Source: an uncultured Oscillospiraceae bacterium | Lineage (GTDB): Bacteria; Bacillota; Clostridia; Oscillospirales; Oscillospiraceae | DNA: 64,000 nt | NCBI GenBank assembly: GCA_947623745.1 | Contig: CANQHN010000008.1 | Coordinates: 1,387 to 65,386 of the forward strand | Direction of reading: 5' to 3' | In this document: positions 9,913 through 18,176 of the stretch, piece by piece | How positions within the stretch are numbered: position 1 is the first letter of the stretch | Layout: the number at the start of each line of letters is the position of its first letter | The notes under the pieces: generated by a model | Told to the model about the DNA's origin: nothing | The model's input: the letters and a program-made list of their open reading frames with translations, nothing else | The model's database searches: none | Position numbers and translations under genes: made by a program

Positions 9913-10887
9913 TCAGGACCTGATCAGCCAGTCGGAAAACTCCTCCAGGGTGATCTCGCCGTCGTCGCACCGCTGTTTCTCCCGCCGGGCCTGTTCGCTC
10001 CAGGTGTAGAACTCCTCCTGGGTGACCCGCCCAGCCTTGATCCAGGCAAAGCGCTTCTTGTATTCCCGGCGGTAAATCTTGAAAATTTCGTCGCTGCTGC
10101 GCTTCCGGGTCCATTGGGCGATAGAACCCACATCCTTACAAGTGCGGCCCTTGTTGTCAATGACCCGGTCACAGTACTCCGCGCTGCTCCGGCCCAGGAT
10201 GGCAAACCAGCGGCCGCAGTTTTTGCACACCCGCATCCGTACCTCACGCCGGACACACTCCCGCAGAGCGTAGTCGGCCAGGTCATAGATGGTCTTGGGA
10301 TACAGAACCTCGGTAAAGGTCTCCTCGTCGATGGCCTCGAAACAGAGAGGCAGCGGCTGGAACTGGAAGGTGTGCAGTGTGTCCTCCCCATGGGCGCGGT
10401 AGTATGCCGCCATCCGTTTGGAGACAGACCTTTTTTCGCTGATACCGTCTATGTCCAGTACGGCGGCGAACAGGTTCCTGATCTGCTTCTGCATCGTGTC
10501 AATATTGCTGGGAATGTGCGAGATCTCCTTGTGGGGCAGCAGGTCCTGGACGGTTTCATACTTCTGCCTTTGGGCCTGCTCCAGACGGTGGGTCCAGTCC
10601 AGGCGCAGGAATTGAAAATAGATGTGCACCGGCGCCAGCTCATCCAGAACAGACTGGACCTCCACTGCCCATGCCTCGTCCCGGCTGCTGTACAGGCTGA
10701 GCAAAGCGCGGTCCATCTTTTTGAACAGCGGCTCCAGCGCCCAGATATCCAAGTCAAGAAATGCCATCAGACTTTCCGGAAACGGGAAGTCTTTTTTTAT
10801 TTCCGCATCGCCGCTGATCTCCTGTTCCCCAAACAGGAAGTACTCCTTGCCTTCGGAGATGTAGGTTCGAAATGTGTAACCGACCAT
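9913..10887 (-). CDS. Zn-finger protein of Firmicutes mobile elements (DUF6076-like)
   Basis: CKNCGRWF...YCDR...TC near C-terminus; GGGGAGG RBS before ATG 10887. Confidence 0.6.
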   Translation of the reverse strand: MVGYTFRTYISEGKEYFLFGEQEISGDAEIKKDFPFPESLMAFLDLDIWALEPLFKKMDRALLSLYSSRDEAWAVEVQSVLDELAPVHIYFQFLRLDWTHRLEQAQRQKYETVQDLLPHKEISHIPSNIDTMQKQIRNLFAAVLDIDGISEKRSVSKRMAAYYRAHGEDTLHTFQFQPLPLCFEAIDEETFTEVLYPKTIYDLADYALRECVRREVRMRVCKNCGRWFAILGRSSAEYCDRVIDNKGRTCKDVGSIAQWTRKRSSDEIFKIYRREYKKRFAWIKAGRVTQEEFYTWSEQARREKQRCDDGEITLEEFSDWLIRS

Positions 10888-10930
10888 AGTATCCTCCCCT
10901 GGAATAGACCAAGCGTAAAATATTTTTAAA

Positions 10931-11003
10931 TTTAGTCTTGACAAAACAGCGGAGTAGAGTTAGACTAAAGACAAACCATAATTCTAATATGGTATTAGTC
11001 TAA
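10931..11003 (+). promoter_or_regulatory. Promoter of the rep gene with repeated TTAGTCT/AGACTAA boxes
   Basis: TTGACA(10938)-17-TAGACT(10961); boxes at 10931-10938, 10960-10969, 10995-11003. Confidence 0.6.
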
Positions 11004-11024
11004 CAGAAAGGAGAAGAAAAGTCA

Positions 11025-12053
11025 ATGACAAGTTTGACACAAGGGCAGAAAAACCTGCACACCATCGACGCAGACACCCTCACCGCCACACCGCTGCCTG
11101 CGTTGCGGTATGTGGTGGACCAGCTGATTCCTCAGGGGCTGCACATCCTGGCGGGCGCACCAAAGGTGGGAAAGTCCTGGCTGGCCCTGTGGCTGTGTCT
11201 CCAGGTGGCCGAGGGAAAACCGGTGTGGGAGTTCCCCACAACACAGAGCACCGTGCTCTACCTCTGCCTGGAGGACAGCTACACAAGGATCCAGCGCCGG
11301 CTGTTCCAGCTCACCGAGGACGCCCCCGCGACACTCCACCTGGCCAACCTCTCCGAGCGCATCGGCAGCGGACTGGAGGATCAGATCAGGCAGTTCCTCC
11401 GGGAGCATACGGACACGGCTCTGGTGGTCATCGACACGCTGCAAAAGGTCCGGGGAGCGTCGGTGGACTCCAGCGCCTACGCAAGCGACTACCGCGATCT
11501 CTCAGCACTGAAGCAGCTGGCCGATGAACAGCGCGTGGCGGTCCTGCTCATCCACCACCTGCGCAAGACCGCAGACGAGGATCCGCTGAATATGATCTCC
11601 GGCACGACGGGCATCAGCGGCGCAACCGACTCCAGCTTCGTGCTGAAGGGTCAGCGGGGCAGCCGGTCGGCGACCCTCTACTGCACCGGCCGGGACATCG
11701 AGTACCGGGAGCTGCCGCTCTGGTTCTCTGGAGAGACACACACCTGGGAGCTGACCGAGCAAGCGGAGGAGGAGCAGGAGCCCGTGGACCCAAAGCTGGT
11801 TTCCCTCTCTGAATTTCTCAAAGCCCTCTCCATCTTCGACGGAACGGCTACGCAGCTCAGCGAGCTGTGGGAGCGACAAAAAGGAGAACAGATCACGCCC
11901 AGCGTTCTGGCCAAGCGGATGGTGCGGTACGCCGGAGAACTGGAGAGCGAGGGCATCCACTTTACCACCAGTCGGACGCGGGAAGTACGGCATATCCACA
12001 TCCAGTGTGACGGGAGTGACGGCAGTGACGGGAAAAATAGGACAGGGGCCTAG
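11025..12053 (+). CDS. AAA_25/RepA-like helicase-type ATPase
   Basis: Walker A GAPKVGKS, LVVIDTLQ, LLIHHLRK, ISGTTGISGATD. Confidence 0.8.
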   Translation: MTSLTQGQKNLHTIDADTLTATPLPALRYVVDQLIPQGLHILAGAPKVGKSWLALWLCLQVAEGKPVWEFPTTQSTVLYLCLEDSYTRIQRRLFQLTEDAPATLHLANLSERIGSGLEDQIRQFLREHTDTALVVIDTLQKVRGASVDSSAYASDYRDLSALKQLADEQRVAVLLIHHLRKTADEDPLNMISGTTGISGATDSSFVLKGQRGSRSATLYCTGRDIEYRELPLWFSGETHTWELTEQAEEEQEPVDPKLVSLSEFLKALSIFDGTATQLSELWERQKGEQITPSVLAKRMVRYAGELESEGIHFTTSRTREVRHIHIQCDGSDGSDGKNRTGA

Positions 12054-12100
12054 TGCTAAATTTGCTGTCACAGCCGTCACAGCCGTCACAGGTGTCACGG
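12007..12100. repeat. Convergent 9-bp tandem repeats (iteron-like)
   Basis: GTGACGG(G/C)A x3 at 12007-12033 and (C/G)(C/T)GTCAC(A/G)G x4 at 12065-12100 in opposite orientation. Confidence 0.8.
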
Positions 12101-12233
12101 GGCGGAAGATCATGCAGTGTTTTGAGGTAAAATTTCCACCGTGTAATATGAACAAATTAGAGGCCTTGGACCGGGGGAGCGATTGGTACGGGTTTCGTTT
12201 GAGCAGAAAGCCAGCATCGCGTTTGTCTGGACA

Positions 12234-12260
12234 TGGGGCGGCCGCCCCAGCCCTGCCAAA
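12234..12260 (+). other. Candidate oriT (palindrome plus nic-like site)
   Basis: Perfect 16-bp palindrome TGGGGCGGCCGCCCCA followed by GCCCTGCCAAA, upstream of mobC. Confidence 0.45.
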
Positions 12261-12311
12261 CACCGTTTTGCGGGGCGCTGCCCCACACCCGGTAGGACGG
12301 AGGGGAAGATT

Positions 12312-12650
12312 ATGAGAAGGAAGGACACCACATTCAGCATCCGGATCTCGACTGAGGACCTGGAGATCATCAAGCAAAAAGCGGAGCAGGCGCACCTGTC
12401 TCAGAGCGACTACGTCACCCGCTGCTGTCTCGGCCGGCAGGTGGTGGTCATTGACGGACTCAAAGATGTGCTGAAACAGCTGCGGGCCATCGGCAACAAC
12501 CTGAATCAGTTGGCGGTGCTGGCCAATATGGGCCGGCTCAAGCTGGTGGGCCTGGAGAAAACCGCGCGGGAGCTAGCCGGCATCGGCGCTGAACTGCGGG
12601 AGCTCCAGGAGCGGGGGAGGTGGCCGGAATATCAATCATCCATTTCGTGA
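12312..12650 (+). CDS. mobC: MobC relaxosome accessory protein
   Basis: RHH-like N-terminus; LRAIGNNLNQLA MobC signature. Confidence 0.88.
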   Translation: MRRKDTTFSIRISTEDLEIIKQKAEQAHLSQSDYVTRCCLGRQVVVIDGLKDVLKQLRAIGNNLNQLAVLANMGRLKLVGLEKTARELAGIGAELRELQERGRWPEYQSSIS

Positions 12651-13969
12651 ACGCACCCAAGGGACAGAGCCGAGACGGCATGGCGGGAGTTATGCGGTAC
12701 GCAGAGGGGGAGGAGAAAACCATGTGGAAGGGTCAGCGATTGGTGAGCGGATACAACTGTCGGCCGGAGAGTGTCTACGACGACTTCATGCGCACAAAGC
12801 TGCTCTACCACAAGGCGGACGGGCGGATGTACTACCACATGGTCCAGTCCTTCCCCAAGGACGCGCAGGTGGATCCAGTCCAGGCTCATGCGGCGGCGCT
12901 GAAGCTGGCGGAGTGGTTCAAAGACCGGGAGGTGCTGGTCTGTACCCACATAGACCGGGAACACATCCACTCACACTTCGTGATCAACAGTGTCAGCTTG
13001 GAGGATGGGAAGAAGCTGCACATCGCGGACCCGGAGCTGGAGGAGCTGAAAAAACTCAACGACCAGATCTGTCTGGAGTTCGGTCTGCCAGTGTTCCAGC
13101 CACAGGAGAAGAAGCGGCGCAAGACCGTCTCCAACGCGGAGTATCACTCAGCGGTCAAGGGCGAGAGCTGGAAGTTCCGTCTGATGAACACCATCGACAG
13201 CTGCATGAAGTACGCGGGAAACCGTGACGAGTTCATCTCCCTGATGCGCGGCGAGGGGTACGACGTGAAGTGGACCGACACGCGAAAGAACATCACCTAC
13301 ACCACGCCCGAGGGCAAGAAGTGCCGGGACACGAAACTGCACGACGAGAAATATGGAAAGGAGGTCATGGAACGTGAGTTCAGAATTCGACAAGAGATTA
13401 TCGCTGGAGGAGCTGAAGCGGTTGAATCAGCCGCAGGCACAGCCGCCGGAGATGCTGGATATGGAACCCACCGCGGAGGAGACACATCCCACTGCCGAGG
13501 AGTGGGAAGAACTGTTGGCCTGCATCAGCGCTCAGTACAAAGTGACGATGGCGATATACGACTGGACGAAACGGCAGTGGGTGAGCGCGGAGCTGGACAG
13601 CATGGAGAAGCAGCTGGAGGAACTGACGCAGGAAGTGAAGCTGGTCAGCGAGACGCTGGAACAGGTTGGGAAGAAGAGAGAGCGGCGTTTCTCAATTCCC
13701 AGGATCACGCTTCCCCGCATACCGCTGCCTCACCTGGACGGGTTCGAGTGGTTCTGTCTGCTGACAGTGCCGCCAGCCTTGGGAGTGCTCTGGTGGAGCT
13801 TGGGAAAACTCTCGAGCGCTCTGGCGATGATACTCCCGTGAGGGACAGCACCACGATGCCCGGTCACGCCGACCGCAAGACCTTGGCCAGGGAGAGGGAG
13901 AAGAAGATCGCCATGGGCCACAAGCCGGACGACCATGAGGACCAGCCTACCTGGCAGCAGACCATGTGA
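12620..13969 (+). CDS. Relaxase/mobilization nuclease (MOBP-type)
   Basis: YYHMVQSFP and THIDREHIHSHFVINS HUH motif; GTG start overlapping mobC. Confidence 0.88.
   Translation: MAGISIIHFVNAPKGQSRDGMAGVMRYAEGEEKTMWKGQRLVSGYNCRPESVYDDFMRTKLLYHKADGRMYYHMVQSFPKDAQVDPVQAHAAALKLAEWFKDREVLVCTHIDREHIHSHFVINSVSLEDGKKLHIADPELEELKKLNDQICLEFGLPVFQPQEKKRRKTVSNAEYHSAVKGESWKFRLMNTIDSCMKYAGNRDEFISLMRGEGYDVKWTDTRKNITYTTPEGKKCRDTKLHDEKYGKEVMEREFRIRQEIIAGGAEAVESAAGTAAGDAGYGTHRGGDTSHCRGVGRTVGLHQRSVQSDDGDIRLDETAVGERGAGQHGEAAGGTDAGSEAGQRDAGTGWEEERAAFLNSQDHASPHTAASPGRVRVVLSADSAASLGSALVELGKTLERSGDDTPVRDSTTMPGHADRKTLAREREKKIAMGHKPDDHEDQPTWQQTM
13374..13841 (+). CDS. Overprinted coiled-coil protein with C-terminal TM helix, inside the relaxase gene
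   Basis: +1 frame ORF; AAGGAGG (13358-13364) 9 nt before GTG 13374; heptad-like SMEKQLEELTQEVKLVSETLEQ; hydrophobic tail. Confidence 0.6.
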   Translation: MSSEFDKRLSLEELKRLNQPQAQPPEMLDMEPTAEETHPTAEEWEELLACISAQYKVTMAIYDWTKRQWVSAELDSMEKQLEELTQEVKLVSETLEQVGKKRERRFSIPRITLPRIPLPHLDGFEWFCLLTVPPALGVLWWSLGKLSSALAMILP

Positions 13970-14028
13970 ATAAATCAAAGGGAAAAACAGGAAACTAGGA
14001 CGGCCCGAGGAAGGAGGAGGATAACGTC

Positions 14029-14304
14029 TTGGAGATCAACGTCAGGGACGACTTGAAGATCGTGGAGGTATGGCTCACCCAGGAGGAAAAACGGGACGCC
14101 GCCCTCCGGGAACAGCTGAAACCTCTCTATCAAAAGTTCAAAGCGGAGAAGTATGTGGTTGCCGTGTTTGAATCCGGCACCGAGGACCTGTGGGAGAACA
14201 CCAGCGCACTGCTCATCTACAACCGCAGGCGCGCAGCTCGGTTGGAAGTGGAGCGCGAGAAACAGCAGAGCATGACAATGGCGATGGGGCAGGCTCAAAA
14301 CTGA
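14029..14304 (+). CDS. Small hypothetical protein of the element backbone
   Basis: Strong AAGGAGGAGG RBS, TTG start, protein-like composition. Confidence 0.65.
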   Translation: MEINVRDDLKIVEVWLTQEEKRDAALREQLKPLYQKFKAEKYVVAVFESGTEDLWENTSALLIYNRRRAARLEVEREKQQSMTMAMGQAQN

Positions 14305-14530
14305 ATCACTGAATTTGAAAACAACCGCAAGACAGCGGACGGCGCGGAGGGCGCGCCGCCCCTGTCCTGCGCCTGAGATACATATGCGCAGACGGCCTGT
14401 GCTGCGCCCGATGATATTGTGCTGTCTTTTTTCAAATTCTGGTTGCGTTTTGAAAAAGGCTGTGATACAATATTATCTGCAAATACAAAACGAAAACGAA
14501 AATATATTGATAGAACAAGGAGGCGACTGC

Positions 14531-15562
14531 ATGGGGCATGAGTTGATGCCAAGCGGGGAGATCCTGCTGTACAGCAGCGACACCGATAAGGTGTACGTGG
14601 ATGTGCTGTTCAGCGAGGAGACCTTCTGGCTGACGCAGAAATCGATGGCGGAGCTGTTCGGCTGTACGGCCGACAACATCTCCCAGCACCTGAAGAACAT
14701 CTATGAGGAAGAGGAGCTTTCAGCGCAGGCAACTACCGAGAAATTCTCGGTAGTTCGAAAAGAGGGGGCGAGGGACGTCCGCCGCACCCTGGACTTCTAC
14801 AACCTGGACGCCATCATCGCTGTGGGCTACCGGGTGAACTCCAAGAAGGCCACCCGGTTCCGCCAGTGGGCCACCAAAACGCTGAAAGAGTACATCCAGA
14901 AAGGCTTCGTCCTCAACGACGAGCTGATGAAGAACGGCCGGCCCTTCGGGAAGGACTACTTCGACGAGCTGCTGGAGCGCATCCGGGAGATCCGCGCCAG
15001 CGAGCGCCGGGCCTATCAGAAGATCGCGGACATCTTTGAACAGTGCAGTTACGACTACGACAAGAACAGCGAGACCACAAAGGCCTTCTACGCCTTCGTC
15101 CAGAACAAGCTCCACTTCGCCGTTACGGGAAAGACGGCGGCGGAGCTCATCAGCGAGCGCTCTGACCTGGACAGCCCCACCATGGGCCTGACCACCTGGA
15201 AGGGCGCGCCGGACGGGAAGATATTAAAGAGCGACACGCTGGTGGCAAAGAACTACCTGAATGAAAAGGAAATCTCCCGGCTCAACCGGCTGGTCACCAT
15301 GTTCATCGACTACGCCGAGCTGATGGCGGAGGACGAGCAGCTGATGAGTATGCAGGACTGGCTGGACGAGACGGACCGGTTCCTGACTAACAACCGCCGG
15401 AACGTGCTGGAGGGCAAGGGCAGCATCTCCCGCGACGAGGCGGTAAAAAAGGTGAGCGAGGTCTATGAGCAGTTCCGCAGGCGGCAGGACGCGGCGTACA
15501 TCTCCGAGTTCGACCGCCAGGCGGCCAGATATCTCAAGGGCGAAGGAGGCGGAGAAACATGA
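14531..15562 (+). CDS. rhuM: RhuM family protein
   Basis: WLTQKSMAELF, YNLDAIIAVGYRVNS, RIREIRASERR, VQNKLHFA. Confidence 0.88.
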   Translation: MGHELMPSGEILLYSSDTDKVYVDVLFSEETFWLTQKSMAELFGCTADNISQHLKNIYEEEELSAQATTEKFSVVRKEGARDVRRTLDFYNLDAIIAVGYRVNSKKATRFRQWATKTLKEYIQKGFVLNDELMKNGRPFGKDYFDELLERIREIRASERRAYQKIADIFEQCSYDYDKNSETTKAFYAFVQNKLHFAVTGKTAAELISERSDLDSPTMGLTTWKGAPDGKILKSDTLVAKNYLNEKEISRLNRLVTMFIDYAELMAEDEQLMSMQDWLDETDRFLTNNRRNVLEGKGSISRDEAVKKVSEVYEQFRRRQDAAYISEFDRQAARYLKGEGGGET

Positions 15563-17715
15563 TCGAGCGCTATGACATCGCCGGCTACTGCCGCATCTCC
15601 GTGGACGAGGAGCTGGACCGGGACAATGTGTCCATCGAGAACCAGAAGGCCATCATCGAGGACTTCGTGAAGCAGCGGTTCCCCAACAGCACCCTCACCT
15701 TCTACGAGGACCGGGACCGCTCGGGCTACACCTTCGAGCAGCGGGAGGGTTATCAGGCCATGCGCCGGGGGCTGATGTCCCACAAGTACGACATCCTGGT
15801 GGTGAAGGACTTCTCCCGGTTCTCCCGGCGCAACAGCCGGGGGCTGGTGGAGCTGGAGGACCTGCGGGACGCAGGGGCCCGGATCATCTCCATCGGGGAC
15901 GGTATCGACTTCCCCAACGACGACGACTGGCTGAAGATCCAGTTCCAATTCCTCATCAACGAGATGCCGGTGACCGACACCAGCAAGAAGGTGAAGTCGG
16001 TCATCAAGCGCCGGCAGAAGGACGGCAAGTGGATCTGCGCCGCCCCCTACGGCTACATCGTCAACAAGCGCCAGGAGTTTGAGCTGGTACCCACCGAGGC
16101 GGAGGTGGTGCGGGAGATCTTCCGGCTCTACCTGGACGGGTGGGGCTACAAGAAGATCGCCAACTACCTCACAGACCAGAAGATCCCCACCCCCCGCATG
16201 TCGGAGCGGGAGCGGAAGGAGGCCGCCGGAGAGGACAGCCGCCGGGTGGCCAAGCAGGCCTGGGCCATCGCCACAGTCCAGGGTATCCTGGACAACGACT
16301 TCTACATCGGCACCCTGCGCCAGGGCAAGTACACCCGGAAAAAAATCAACGGCAGCGAGGAGAAGCGGGACGAGACGGAGCACCTGGTGTTTGAGAAGCA
16401 CCACCAGGCGATCATCGACTACCGCACCTTCGCCACGGTCCGGGCCCTGCGGGACAAGCGCTCCACCGCCCACTACCGGGGAGTGAAAAAGAACGAGAAC
16501 GTGTACTCCGGGTTCCTGGAGTGCGGCGACTGCGGCTCCCCCATGTTCGCCATGAGCCGCGCCGACTTGAAGGACGCCTACCGCTGCGGGCTGTACCACC
16601 GCCGTGGCCTGAAGGCCTGCACCAGCCACCACATCCGGGTGGACAAGCTGGATGAGCTGCTCAAGCTCTATGTCCGTAAGGTCCGGGACAGCTCCACGGA
16701 GATGCTGGAGCGGCTCAACTCCGACCTGACCAGGGAGGCGCAGGATGTGGCCGAGACGGAGCAGAGCGCGGCCAATCTGGAGGCGGTGCTGGCCGACCTC
16801 CAGGAGGAGCTGAAAATCACCAAGCGCCAGCGGGTCCGGGACCTGATGAAGCACCCGGGTCAGGAGAGGACCCTGGAGGAGACCTACGACGAGTTGGAGA
16901 GCGACCTGCTGCGGCGCATCGACGGCCTGCAGAACCAGATCCAGATGACGGTGGACAAGCGCAACACCATCATCCGGGTCAACCGGGCGGCTAGGACGGC
17001 GCTGGAGGTGTTCGACGACATCCTGAGCAAGGACAAACTGGACCGGAATGACCTGGAGCTCATCATCGAGAAGATCAAGGTCTACGAGGACCACCTGGAG
17101 ATCCAGCTGAAACCGGACGTGGACAGCCTGCTGCGCTGTGGGGAGCTCCCGGGGGAGAACGCCGCAAATTTTAACTCGGGCATGGGAGATATCGAGCCTG
17201 TCACCATCGTTCAGGGGTCGGAAAAGCACCTGGACAAGGTCTTTCATGCCAATATTATCAGTGACGGTGACCCGCTGGAGATATTCACAGATAAGGACGG
17301 CGGCGTGATTTTTAAGAAGTATTCCCTGATGGGCGGGCTGACGGAGTTTGCCGGCCAGCTGTGCGACTCGCTCAACCGCACCACCGGCGAGGTGGCGGTG
17401 ATCACCGACCGGGACAACTGCATCGCCGTGGCGGGCAACGCCCGGCGGGAGCTGCAGGACAAGCGCATCTCCCCCGAGCTGGAGCGGCTGATGGAGGGCC
17501 GGCAGATCTACCAGCACAAGTCCGGCGCCGAGCGCATCCCGCTGTGCGCCGAGGACGGCTCCCACTACGTGTGGACCGCCGCCCCCATCCTGTCCGAGGG
17601 GGACGTGCTGGGCTGTGTGCTGTTCACCGGCAGCGGGGAGAACGACGGCAGCGAGGTGGACTACAAGCTGGTCCAATCCACGGCGGGATTCCTCGGCCGC
17701 CACATGGAGAGCTGA
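15559..17715 (+). CDS. Large serine recombinase fused in frame to the SpoVT C-terminal 149 aa
   Basis: YCRIS...DRSG...DFSRFSRR catalytic domain, APYGY recombinase domain, CGDCGSPM Zn ribbon, coiled coil, then GDPLEIFTDKDGGVIFKKYS...AAGFLGRHMES-like SpoVT tail. Confidence 0.88.
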   Translation: MIERYDIAGYCRISVDEELDRDNVSIENQKAIIEDFVKQRFPNSTLTFYEDRDRSGYTFEQREGYQAMRRGLMSHKYDILVVKDFSRFSRRNSRGLVELEDLRDAGARIISIGDGIDFPNDDDWLKIQFQFLINEMPVTDTSKKVKSVIKRRQKDGKWICAAPYGYIVNKRQEFELVPTEAEVVREIFRLYLDGWGYKKIANYLTDQKIPTPRMSERERKEAAGEDSRRVAKQAWAIATVQGILDNDFYIGTLRQGKYTRKKINGSEEKRDETEHLVFEKHHQAIIDYRTFATVRALRDKRSTAHYRGVKKNENVYSGFLECGDCGSPMFAMSRADLKDAYRCGLYHRRGLKACTSHHIRVDKLDELLKLYVRKVRDSSTEMLERLNSDLTREAQDVAETEQSAANLEAVLADLQEELKITKRQRVRDLMKHPGQERTLEETYDELESDLLRRIDGLQNQIQMTVDKRNTIIRVNRAARTALEVFDDILSKDKLDRNDLELIIEKIKVYEDHLEIQLKPDVDSLLRCGELPGENAANFNSGMGDIEPVTIVQGSEKHLDKVFHANIISDGDPLEIFTDKDGGVIFKKYSLMGGLTEFAGQLCDSLNRTTGEVAVITDRDNCIAVAGNARRELQDKRISPELERLMEGRQIYQHKSGAERIPLCAEDGSHYVWTAAPILSEGDVLGCVLFTGSGENDGSEVDYKLVQSTAGFLGRHMES
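17266..17715 (+). pseudogene. spoVT: 3' part of interrupted spoVT (end of AbrB-like domain plus GAF domain)
   Basis: GDPLEIF..D..VIFKKYS, ITDRDNCIAVAG, APILSEGDVLG, STAGFLGRHMES follow the known SpoVT sequence from about residue 31; the MKATGIVRR N-terminus was not found in the window. Confidence 0.82.
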
Positions 17716-17718
17716 TCC

Positions 17719-17997
17719 TGTCCAAAAAGGCCACAGGCCTTTTTGGACAAAGGGTGCGGCCTGCGGCAGCGCGCGTCGTCGCAAGCTCCATATCCTTCAC
17801 TTCCGCCTGCGGCGAAAGCTCACTCATTACGCTGCTCCTCCTTTCCCAGCCGAACCCGCTGCGCTGGGCTTCGGCCGGGGCCCCATTTTGCTCGCACGTT
17901 TGCAGGCCGAGAGGAATTTTTCCCGACGTACGCGCCGCCGGGAAAAATGAATCATATTATATTCGCGCCTGCGGGCGCGAACTCTGCGAGGCTTTTC
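17719..17997 (+). repeat. Palindrome-rich dispersed (MITE/REP-like) repeat, copy 1
   Basis: 17890-17997 matches the reverse complement of 20268-20375 with few mismatches; extra hairpins upstream (17719-17749). Confidence 0.75.
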
Positions 17998-18005
17998 AAG
18001 CAGAT

Positions 18006-18033
18006 ACGCCGGCCCTTCCGGGCCGGCGTTTTT
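18006..18033 (+). terminator. Rho-independent terminator
   Basis: ACGCCGGCCC-TTCC-GGGCCGGCGT followed by T run. Confidence 0.75.
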
Positions 18034-18176
18034 ATGAAAATTTATCGGTTTCAGGCAAAAAAGTGGTTGTCAGTTTGACGGCTTTGCGGTATAATGGCTA
18101 ACAGCATGTAATATTGCCCGCTGTGTCCTTCGGCGGCGGGCGGACAATAGGTATCAACATAAGGAGTGGAACGACT

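Larger units (their letters stand above)
1..17265. mobile_element. Integrative mobilizable element inserted in spoVT (left end outside window)
   Basis: RepA-like AAA, MobC, MOBP relaxase, RhuM and large serine recombinase with no T4SS genes seen; recombinase ORF switches to SpoVT sequence at about 17266; whether the 1-7900 cargo belongs to the same element is inferred. Confidence 0.75.

Noticed and set aside
12007-12100. Short tandem repeats as a possible CRISPR array
   Set aside because: 9-bp contiguous units without spacers; no cas genes in the window
9544-12395. ORFs 9544-10929 (+) and 11502-12395 (-)
   Set aside because: Antisense to the Zn-finger/flavodoxin and rep genes, with no recognisable features
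17251-17285. Inverted repeat (AATAT...ATATT) defining the att crossover in spoVT
   Set aside because: Only 9 of 17 pairs and an odd-length centre; the crossover cannot be fixed without attL or attB
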